Source: a virus (taxonomy: Duplodnaviria; Caudoviricetes). From it: a DNA stretch of 64,000 nucleotides. The stretch lies in IMG/VR virus record IMGVR_UViG_3300025154_001556; one strand, given 5' to 3'. Below are positions 1 to 12,000 of the stretch, one piece after another. Below the pieces are notes generated by a model. The model ran no database searches. It had not been told where the DNA came from and saw nothing but the letters and a program-made list of their open reading frames with translations. Position 1 is the first letter of the stretch. The number at the start of each line of letters is the position of its first letter. A program made the position numbers and the translations under genes.

Positions 1-3000
1 CTGCTGTTTATAGACTTCTTTCATATCTTTTATGGCTTGTTCCACTTTTTTCTTTTCAGCATCAACATCCAATACTTTGGATTTTACTTCTGTTCCTTGA
101 AGTATTTTATCGGTTGTAGCATTTTTAATAGCCTGCTCATTAAGGGTATTAAATATTTTTTGTGCTGATGATGTGTTTTTCTGTATCAAATCCGCTATAA
201 GGGTGGACTCAGCGGCAGATTTTTTAGAAGCTGTTGCTATCTCAGTAAGTTTTTCATTACTTTCGGCTAGATAACCTGCCATAGTAGCCGCAGCTGCTGT
301 GGCTAGTACTTGTGCAGGTCTATTAATGTCTGGGTCTGTTATTGGGCCAGCAACAGCACCGCCTGTGGCGAAAGTTGGTAATTTGCCATATTCATTAATG
401 TAGTCTAGCTTACTTTGACCCAAATGTTTGGCAGAGTCGGCCTTGATTATATATTCACCGTTACTCACCCTAGCTAATATATCGTCTGATGTACCAGTAC
501 CTTCGCCCGCTATTGGACCGCCAGTAGCCATTTTAAAATTAACAGCATCTAATAATTTTTTTAAATCATCTGGTAAATTTAAAGTGGCCTCTTCACCCTT
601 GCCTACTTTAATTTTAGACAAAGTAGTTACAGCTTTATGTACCTCAGGATATTTTTCCTTTAATACATCCAAAGCCATTTCCTCGGACCCTTTAAGTACA
701 TCAGATAACTCAGGGTAATCTTTAAGTATATCATTAACTTTACGTAATAAATCGGCTTTGTTTTTAAGTTCGTCTTTGCTTTCTATCAAACTGTTTTTAA
801 CGGCACCACCAGTAGCAAAACCTGTTAAATCTTCTGGATTATGTGTTTTACTGAATTTATCCAATCTGGCATAACCAGCGCGTCTAGCAGTTGCAGCATC
901 TAGTACATACTCGTCTTTACTTAATTTTGCATTAATACTATCAGAAGTAGGAGTACCTTCACCAAACACTCTGCCGCCATCAGCGAAACCGTACTGTGTT
1001 TTATTTTTTTCATAGTCTTCATAAAAGTTTTTTTCAGCCCGTTTAAGTTTTATGGCCTGTGATAAAGAGGGTGCCTCACCAGTGTTTGCTACACCAGTGG
1101 CTACATCTTTTAACACTTTACCATAATTTTTAGTGGCCTCTGAAAGATCTGTTCCCAATAGTTTACTAAAAACTAATAAAGCAGCATAAGTGGCTACGGT
1201 ACCTGCACCTAGTTTCTTTATAGTGTCGTCCGCAAAGCCAAGACTTTTAGCAAATTCCATAATTGCTGTTTTTGACGCAGTCATAGTAGTAACAGCGCCA
1301 TATAAAGTAGCTTTTGCTGCGGTATCTTCTCTGGATGTAGTAAGTGTTTTTTCTTGTGTTTTTAGGTCTTCTATTAACCCTTTATTTTGATTAACAGCGG
1401 GCTTGGCTTCTTCTGCCGCGAGTTGTGCCCTTAATACTTGAAGCTGTTCATCTAATTTCTTAACTGTTGCGTTTTCGCCAGCTTTTTGAAAAGCGGAAGC
1501 AACACTGGCTGCGGCAGTGGCTTTCATTACAGTTTTATCATCAATAAACTGTGTTTGTTGATTTGCTGTTTGTAATTTATTTATGGCTTCCACATCTGCA
1601 GTGAACGTTGGTTTGTTTGGAACAGTTTTTAAACCAAACCACTTACTTTCTTCTGGTACGACATCCTTCATTTGTGTTACAAAATCACGGAAATCTAGAC
1701 CAGAAAACATTCGTTGAGAAGCTTCTGTTGCTGTGTAGTTTTTAGCACCAAAAACATTCTGGCTACCTATTTCTTTAAGTGTTCTATCTACCCCTAATTG
1801 AGATGTTAAATTTTTAGTCATAACATCTAGAACTTTATTGGCTTCTATCACCATATCGGAATTGCCGGTGGCTGACGCTCTATCGCGCATTTCAGCTACA
1901 CGCTCTAGTCCAGTTAGTAAATCTTGTGGTGAACTAGCAGACATATATTTTTCTAACTGTTTATCAAGTTCCCCTGGACTACCTAAAGCCATTAAAATGT
2001 CTTCAAGCTTAGTAACAGTATCCGCAGTATTAGTAGCTACCCTAGAGGTTTCTATTTTTAATTCAGCGTACCCTGTGTCACCTGTTCTAGCAACAGTTTC
2101 AGTAAAGTTTTGCATTTCGTCCTTAGTTAGCACAGAACCAAAGCCTTTTGATACAGCAGCTATGCTATCAAGTGCCACAAGAGCTTTATCGGAGGAGTAC
2201 ATGCCCTCTGACGCACCTTGTTTTTGTATATCTAATTCTTTTAGTTGAGCGGCTAAGTTTCTGTAATCCTCTGAGCCTATTAAAGTACGTTGTTGAACAG
2301 TCAGGTCTTTATACTTAGGCCCGCCCGTATCAAAAGTGTCTAATCCCTCAGATATACCTTTTAAATAACCTGTGGTGCCTTTAAATACTTCTTGACGGCT
2401 ACGTTCAACAGCTATGTTTTCTTCAATTGCTCTTTTGCCAGATTCAAATGTTTTAGTTAAATCGGCCAATACAGCTCTATATTGCATTACCACTTGATTA
2501 TTTTTTAATATAGTAGTTAGGTTTTCTAACTCTTTATATAAGTCATTAGCTATGGTAACACTGCCTTCATCCAAACCTTCTACTTTTAATTTATCTAAGT
2601 CCTCCATGTAACTTCTAAATTTAATCATAGGTTTAGCGTAATACTCTTCAAAATCTTTTTTCCATGATTTTTGGAATGGAGATTCACCAAAACCTTTGCC
2701 TGTAGAAGCGGTAGGAGTAAACCCTTTACCAGATTGTAGCAGAGTGGTTGTTGCTATGTCACTAAAAAAGCGCTCCCCTAAATCAAATTCCTTTTTGAAA
2801 TCTTTTGCAGATATGGCCCTAATACCCGCGCCGGCGCCGGCTACAAATTCATTAAGTATCTCTATTTTGTCTGTGATCTCATCTTGTATATGATTGGCAG
2901 GAAAGATGTTTTCAACTAATTGCTGCATGTCTTTATCAAAAGCACGCTCTTCCACTTTTAGTGTTTTTGTATTAAAGTATTGTGCAACCCACTCAAATAC

Positions 3001-6000
3001 ACCATCCGAGGTTTCTTTGAGTTTAACTATTGCTTGTTTGCCCGCCATATTATACTTTGCAGCCACGTCATCCATAAATAGTACTATATCGTTATTAAGC
3101 ACTTTACCTTGGCGTTCAAAAAGACCTGCGGACTCTAATTTACCCTTAGTTAATTCTTTTGTAAAATCTAATGATTTAGCAGAGGGCAGGGCACGCTGCA
3201 TAACAGTTTGCCCTAAAACATCCTGCCAATTAATTTTACCTTTAAGGCCGGCTATATTTAGTCTGGGTTCCATGTTAAGTATAACATCATACCCTTCTTT
3301 TAATCTGGGGTCAGCAAATATTTTAGCAATCTCATTTGGATCTAATCCCTTAGTATTAATGTTGCCTAATACATTACTAAATTCCTTATAAGTAGCCGCG
3401 TAATCATTTCTAAGCGCCTTTAATGTCTCTTGATATTTTTTAATATCTTTATCCACAGCAGAAGACATAGGCGATTTTGCTTTTATTGATAGCAAATTGT
3501 TTAACTGTGCGGTTACTTCAGCAATAGCTTTGGCGGGGGCCACTTTAATACCCTTAGCAAGCATTTCTCCTATAATAGGCACCTCACTCGCTATATCTTT
3601 AATCATTTTTTTAGTGTTTTCAGACCCACCTGTTTTGGTTAAATCCTCTATAAATTTGGAAGCCACGTCTACTTCCGATTCCGCCAGTTGTTTAGTTCTG
3701 GATTTATCCAGTACTTTAAAATACTCGTCAAAATTAGTGCTGGCTTTAAGCACCGCATTGCCTACTTTATCATAACCTAACACCAGGTTACTATTAGATT
3801 CTGCTAATTGATTTGCTAAACTTATTACATCTTCTTGTGCTCTACCTAATGTAATTATAGGAGCTTCATAAGTGTTTAAAGATTTTCTACGTTCTTTGGT
3901 GGCGGGATCATTTAATTTATTTAAATCCTCTATTTTGCTTTGTAAAACATCATAGGAAGCCGCCATATTTTTAATATTAGTAAGATTATCTTCTTGAATA
4001 CTACGCATACTATACATAGCATTTGCGTAATCTTGTGCAGATTGAGTCATCCTACCATATTGATCCCCTAGTACTTTTATTGCCGGTACTAATGCTGCTA
4101 TTGTGGTTAGTAATGGGGCAACCGCGGCTATAAAGGAAGTATCGTCCGTAGCTAAATTTTCAGTTAACTTTTTGCCTATATCACCGAGTGAATCACCAAA
4201 ACCTTTTACAGCCATACCTCCTAAATAGGAACCCATACCAGCTACTTCGGCGCCCATGGCCAAACCACCAGAAACTAATTTCTTTAGTGCTTGATGTATA
4301 CCCAGCTCTTTAACTGTTTTTTCTATGTCTTCTTTGGTCATACTATTACGTTTTCTAATAGTTTCAATAGTCTCCCCTATACCAGCGGTACTACTAAGTT
4401 TAGTCCCTACTGTTTTTCCGGCAGCCCCGAATGAGGCTATTCCTTTACCTGTGGTAGAAACACTATCAGCAACAAAACTATTAAATACTTTACCTACTTC
4501 TTGTAGTTTAAAGGACAACCTGCCAAAAGAGGAATGAAAATCTGATAATTTAGTCCCTCTGGTTACGTCAGTCTTTCCGCCACTAGCATCCGTAGTAGTA
4601 AATTTACCTAATGTTTTAAGACCGGCAGTGGCTAATTTACCGCCGCCTAAACCAAATAATTCATATTTAGTTTTAGCTAACTCTTTAGTAAATTGTTCTC
4701 CGGCCCCAGATATACCTAGAAAGTCCTTACCTCCAGCAAGCATGTCACCTAAGGATTCGGCTAGTTGCTGTCCCTTAGTCATATAGGTCAGTAAGGCCAC
4801 AAAAGCAGCGCCGGCCGCTTTGATAGGATCAGGTATAGCAGACAGTGTTTCTAAAAATGTTTTAACTCCACTTAAACCTATTTTAAATGCCGGCAAAGCT
4901 ACTTTACCGATAGACATCTGTAGTTCTACTAAAGCAACTTTGGTTTGTTCGAGCTGTTTTCTATAAGTACCCATTAATTCAGCATTACGTCTTTCTGCGG
5001 AGCCTTTGGAATTCATACTCTCTTTGGTGGCACGTAAAGCTTGATCCCAGTTATCCATTAAAGCTATGAGAGAGTTATATTGTCTGGTACCACCAAGTGC
5101 TTGGGAGGTAGCCAATTTTTGGGCGTTACTAAGGTCTTTCCATTTTTTGCTTAGATCATCTAAAACACTAAAACCAGATCTTAACTGTCCAGTAGATTCC
5201 ATGACAGGAATACCTAATTTACCCAGCTGCTCTGGCCCTTTTTCGGCAGAAAGTCTACGTAAAATAAATCTAAGAGAAGTACCTACTTCTTTACCTGATT
5301 GTCTTGTAGTTGAACCGATAGCGGCAACAATACCATTTAATTGATCAAAAGTAACACCAGCAATTTTGGCTGCCGAGGCGGACTTTTGAATAGCATTGGC
5401 TAAGTCACCAGCAGTAATAGCGCTCTTGGCTTCAACCTCACTCCAAGCATCTAAAAAGCGCATAGCACTATTACCTTCTTCTTGGTAAATTTTCATGGCT
5501 GATGTTAAAGCTTCAGTAGCTTCTGATGCTTTTAATGTAGTAACATTAGCAGCTAAGGTAGATACCTTAGTTCTATCTATTATTTCTGCTTGTGTTAAAC
5601 CTTGCTGTGCAAAAACATTCATAGATTGTAATACATCTGTTATACCAACACCATATTGTTTGGCGAAGGTAACCGCGGCCGCTGATAAACCATTTATATC
5701 AGAAGACAGAGGATTTAACATCATTTTAAGTGTGGCTAAACTATACTCTATTTCAGCTAAGGTACTAATAGCTTGTTTGAGTTGCGCAAAACCTCCGTAC
5801 ACTACGGTAGAAGCAGCACCCCATTTAACAGCACGCCCTATTGCACCTCTAAATCCGCTATTAGATCCTTGCATAGCGGAGGCTAAATCTCTTTCTTTTA
5901 TTGTTATGTCACTTAGTGATTTACCATACTTAGCAAAGTCCACCACAACATTACGAACAACCTGCCCAGTCTGATCCAGAACTTTGATAGGATAAGATCT

Positions 6001-9000
6001 AACCTCACCTACACGTGCACCACCAGATTCTTGAGGCTTCTCAAAATACTCTTTTACTTTTTCTACATTACTTGTGTGCATAGCCAGTTGCTCTTTCGGC
6101 GCTAACCATTTTGGAACTGGCACTGTGCCTGCCTCACCCCAGTCTTTATTGGCAGACTGGTTAATCATGGTGTATGAGTTCTCTACGGATTTTAAATACT
6201 TTATGACAGTCTCTAAATTCTTCTTTTGAGCTGCTCCAAAATCGTCCGTTAGATTATACTTCATGTAACGTTCAAGAGAAGCGCGGAGCCTACTTAATTT
6301 TTCAGCCAAAAGATCAAAATCCCAAGCATGCATAACATCAGAGCCCATCCTAGTTAGCATCTCGGCATTTTGCATCATGTCTATCATTTCTCTTTTAACA
6401 TTGGAACCAGTAATTGTAGATACAGCTGTACGTGCTTTTTCAACAGCAGGGGTCATCACACTGTCTTTTTGTAAATCACTTACTATATTTTCAAACATTG
6501 ATTGTAGTTGTTTATCATCACCTAATGGTGTTGTAGCCTTAGTAGCCAACTCACCTGGTGTTTGATAAACATTTAGTCTACGTGCCATTTCCGGCATTAC
6601 AAATTTTTTATCTTCTGTGTAAATGTCTGTTCTAGAACCAGCTACCCTACTAACAAACTTTCGCATTCTTGATATAGCGGATTGTGCCTTACCATAACTT
6701 GCGGTTTCCGCCTCAAAATCTTTTGAGGAGCTAGCCGCTTCGTAGGCCCTTTTTGCCTCCTTGGCTTGAGATAAGTAGTAATCTCCTTCCGCCATTCTAT
6801 ACAATTTCCAAGCTTTATTTAATTGCGCTCCTGCTCTACGTTCACCTTCAGGTCCACCTTGATCAGTGGCTAGCTGTTTAAATTTATCTGTTGCTTTTCT
6901 AAATCTATCCATATCTGGGCCAGTTTTACCTGTGCCTCTAATTATGTCGGATAAATCTTTACTTACTTTTTCGAGACTATTAAGCTCTTCTTCATAGTTG
7001 ATGTTACGAACTTGCCGTTGGAATTCTTTGGCGGCTGTATGGAATGTGGTGAAGTTCTCTAAATCGGCCCATACATCCTTACCAGCGGCTATTTTAGGGC
7101 TATATAATTTGTCTATATCACTAATTGAATCGGTTTCGTCAAGTTTAAAACCCTTAATTTTCTCTTCACTCTCTTTAGGTGTCATCGGTCTGTAAGAAGC
7201 AGCCCTTTGTCTACCGCCGCCAGCAGTTTTAACAGATTCAAAATGTTTTGAAGATTCATCTAACATTCTCTTTAAATCAGAAGCACTTATATTTAAAGGA
7301 CTAGCCTTCTTTGCGGCCTCCGTTTGTTCCTCTAAACTACCTGTGGTTCTAAATTTACCAGCAAACCTTCTAGCTTTAGCTACGGCATCCACATCTTTAG
7401 CTAATAAGGCTGGGTCTTGTTTAAATTTCACAACTTCAGGGGTATCTTCACCCTTACCCGTGCTACTATAATACTTAGCCTCGCCTTTAGTTGCACCAAT
7501 GGCTGTCATATAAACATTTAACTGTGATGCCACATCCAGTAATTTATATGCGGCCGCTAGACTGGGTTTGTCCCCTTTCTCAATGAGTTTGGCGTAAACT
7601 TCTGGGAAATCAGATGTACCGGAAGTTTGTATGGCTTCTCCAATAGCTTTTTTAACCCCCTCACCTACTGTCTTTATATCCATAGGATATTTTTCACCAG
7701 TAGTTTCATCTTTCATTACAACATCTATATGCCCGGTTATAGGGCCAGACTTTGTGGTTAAAGCCACAAATTGTTCTATGGCAGCTGTGGGGTCCATAGA
7801 TATTATATCTTTTTGTATTTTAGCATGTATGGCTTGACCAACAAGAGCAGAGGCTTCTAAGAAGTCATTAGGAATGTTGTCACTTTCTCCACGCATTGCT
7901 GACACTATGGCAGCTATCTGACGACTATTTAATTCTTTTTCAGAGAAGTCTTCTTTTTTAAACCCACTCTTATAGGAACCGCCGCCGGCTAAAGCACTGG
8001 CTCTATATATTGTTGCATATGTTGCACCGCTAAGCTCATTGTGGCCACCTGTTATTTGGGCAGACCATTTTTTAAGCTGTTCTACATCGATAGCAGGCTC
8101 AGTAGTTGTCTGAGTTTTAGCTTGTGGGGTGTCTCCTACAAATAAACCTATACCAGCAGCAATGCTTTGTAGATGAACATTTAAAGCACCGCCAGTAAAA
8201 GTAAATGGTCCCCCTGGAACACCAGCACCCGGTGTTGTTATACCAGGGGTAGCCGGGGGCGGGGGCCCTCCTGCAGACCCGTAAATACCGGCTTCCATTA
8301 TAGGAGAAGATACTTTAGCCGCCTCTATACCTGCGGTGGAACGATATGTTGTTCCCCTAACTTTACCTGAGGAGACAGGGGGTAACATAGTAGCCACATC
8401 CATACCAGAGGCACTAGAAGTTTTAAATACTTTTAAAGCTCTATCTAGTGAATATAAGGCCTTCATTTTTTCTGAAAATACGTCTACATATGCATCTACT
8501 TTGGTTTGTAGTTCTTCGGGAGTTAAGCCTTGATCTTTAAATTTAGTTTCAGCCATCTTACTAAGTTCGCTTTTACCTAGTAGCTCTATTTCTTGTAGCA
8601 CTGACGGCTCTACTACTGGCAGCCCCGCTAGTGTAGTATAATAGTCTACAACATCACGCATACGCATTAAATCTTTAGCTGAGGATCTATCTTTAAATAC
8701 TTGCGTATGTATTGGAGACATTGTGGCTAAGTCACCCGTGGTTAATTCAGTAAGCTTACCAATACTATCTTGTATTGATTTAATATCCAGAGGTTCGTAA
8801 TTAGCAATAGCTGCAGTTACAGCTTGCACGTCTTTCTGTGAATTTTTTAATCTATCGGCAGAAGTCTTTACCAATTCACCGTAAGCACCAGAACCAGATA
8901 CCTCATATAACTGATTAAGCTCATCTTCCAAATTAGATGCGGTAGCTACTGCCTTTGCCATACTAGACGAGTATCTAGCTTCTTCTTTTTTACCATAAGC

Positions 9001-12000
9001 ACCTGGCTGTAATTTAGATATACCCACATCTAAATCTAACGCGCCTTTACCATGCTTACTGATATAAGCACCCATTTGGCTTTCTGTACTAGCGCCGGCG
9101 GTTCTAAATTTATATAATGGTGCTTCTTTACTAGTTATTAGGCTTGAAGCTACCGCAGATGGACTTGATTCTTTTAATCTTCTGGCATATTCTTCTTTGG
9201 CTGCCGCTTTAAGGGTGTCAGGAGACATTCCTTGGCCCTTATTAGCGGCTATTTGTTTCTGTAATGTATCCAGAGCCGAATTTATAATAGACTGCTCTAA
9301 ACGCGTTAGAAAGCCTCTAAAACCCATCTTGTCTACCATCTCAGCAGTAAATTTATCTATATCAGATAAGTCAGCAGTTACACCATAAGCGGTTGCCATA
9401 CTTTTAACATCATCCGCCATCCCTTTGGACAACATGCTATGTATTCTATCTGTTATAGCTTGAGCATCTGCCTTAACAAAATCTTTAAGATCTTCGTAGT
9501 CTTTATTATTTAAAATGTTTTTATATACTTTTTCTCCGCCACCAGGTTCCATTATATCTCTGGTTATATCCGAGGACACAGAAGCGGCGCCGGCATGTTT
9601 AACGTCCATACCTTTCTGTAAGCTAAATCGGGTTAGCTCATTCATTCTAGCTTGTTCGTCCCTAGAGAATTTCTGATCGCCCTTAGCACCTATTAAGCTG
9701 GATTCCCCAGATACATCTTTATTGTAAGAAAGACTTAAGCGTGTAAAAGCCTCTGTTTCAGGGCCTGTATGAATTTTAAATAACTGCGCGGCCACAGCTG
9801 ACTTAGTTCTCTCATTTGCCAAAGAGGCACCTGTTTGAAATTTAAATGATTTTTTAAATTTATCATCTAAGGTCTCTATTACTGCCGCAACTTTATCTGC
9901 GTTATTTTTTAATTCGTCCGCATTACTAAGATCTTTTATGTTAGTCACAGCCGCTTCTAACTTGTCAGCATCTGTTTTATCGAGTAAGTTGCTTATTTGT
10001 TCAAGTACTTTATTTAAATCCTTGGAATCTCCGGCTAAAGCCTGCATCTGTTCGGATAAAGATAAGAAACCCATATCTTCCGTAGCAAAAGGTTTCTGCA
10101 TAAAACTGAAACCTTTTTCTGTTGGAAATTTTTTAGCAAAAGACTCTCCCATCTCTGCTAAGGTATATTCCGATGCTGGGGGCTGCACCGCGCCATAAGT
10201 AAACTGATCTCTAAATACTGATGCTGTATCAGATAAATCCTGAGTTAAGGTATCATAATGTTTTTTAATATCCCCTCTGGCTTTAACATTAATAGCAGAG
10301 TGAATTTCTATGGCGTCACCGTCAAAATCTAGTTTTTGTTGATGTGCTATATACTTAGGTAATAAATTGGATATAGCGGCATTAAGCTTATCAATTAAAT
10401 CTGTTAATTTTTCTAGCTTCTCTGGTGAGGCTGCGGCGCCTTTACTTAACTCACCGGCACGTTTGGTGGATAGATCTTCCCGCTGTTTAGTCATTCTTTG
10501 AATAACGCCAGATAAAGCATCCATCGGTAGATTGGGCATACCAGGAACAGCCAATACATTACTAGCCATACCTCCTTTACCTTCATCTAGTAGTCTAGCT
10601 TTATAGGGCTGTATTGAAGATGTACCTGTAAAAGGATAACGAAGGCTCTCTATATAAGGAGCTAGCTCTTCTTCTATGTATTTTTTTATAGTGGCTTTTT
10701 CTTCCGCTGTGCTCCCTTTACCCTGCAGATCTTGGGTGTAACGCAGCATGTCTAATAGAGTACCTTCTACCTTAGTAGCTGGAGCAGCCTCGCCTTCTTT
10801 TGTAAATTTCTTGGTGAAGGACACAGGTATCTTTCTGGCTATTTCCGCAGGGACACCGATCTCATGCTGACCCAATACTGGAAGACCTAACTCACTTGTA
10901 CGTTTTAGACGCTTGCTATGTTTTTCTTTTATAGATTGTGTTTGTTCCTGCAGTGATTTTAAAGATTTAATACTTTTTTCTGATATCCCCATCTCTTGTT
11001 GCATTTCTGGTGATAGGCCCTCTAGATCACCTATGATGGCGGACATCTGTGTATCAAATGTTTCTAGATCTTTTGTCTTATCAACAGTAGCAGAAACAGC
11101 CTTAGCCATGACAGCTGGTATTTTTCTAGTAAATAAAGTTTCTGCAACAGAACCACTTTTACCTAAGGTAGTTTCAGCCAAAGTCTCTAAATAATTTATT
11201 TTAGCTTTTTGGACAGCAGCAAGTTTATTATTCATCTCTTGTTCTAACATGCCCTTACCGCCAGAAAAATCTTTACTAATGGTATTTAGTTGCTCAAGTA
11301 AGTTACCTTTTGGATCTACTTTAAATGGTACTTTACCTTCGCTCAATTGTCCTGAAACTGTGGCGCCGGCATGTCTAAGAGCTTTAAGTATGGCGTTGTA
11401 TCTTTTTTCGGCATAGTTAGCTTGGGATTGAACAACACCTTCCATAGAACTAGCGTAGGACTTATCCATAGATGCGGACAAATCATCGTTTATATTCTTT
11501 TTAAATGTTATCCACATTTGTTCTAATTCTTTTACATATTTAGGATCATAGGTGGATAGCCTGCCCCCTTTCACTCTTATGTCACTAGTGGTGGACAACA
11601 CAGAAGATTTAAGCATTCCCGCAGCAGCTTCTTTCATAACTGCTTCCGCTGTTTTACGTGAATCTACATTTTTAGCCATATAGTACTGTTCAGTGTTGGT
11701 TACAAAATCTTGGTAGTCCTTAGCGGAGTTTATTAAGTTTTGTAATACACGTGTAGGCTCTTCGGGACCAAATTCCCCGGCTACTAAGGGCTCAGGATAA
11801 ACACCGCGGCCAGCAGGGGACGGGACATAGAAGTCCTCAAACGCTGTGGGCTTTTGACCAAGTTTGGCTTTAGAAGCATCAGATGATGGTAATTGTAGCA
11901 TAAAGGGCTTGTTGAATTTCTCAACATCCATAACAGTTCCCAACATACTACGCTTACCTTTATCCAGTGTTCCTGTAGAATAGTCAAAAGATTTTAATTC

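Noticed and set aside
7380-8020. Cas4 / CRISPR link for the nuclease domain
   Set aside because: No four-Cys Fe-S motif, and no CRISPR array or cas genes seen in the window.
11784-11987. Minus-strand 67 aa ORF inside the RNAP region
   Set aside because: Different frame from the giant ORF, no motif or RBS; incidental overlap.
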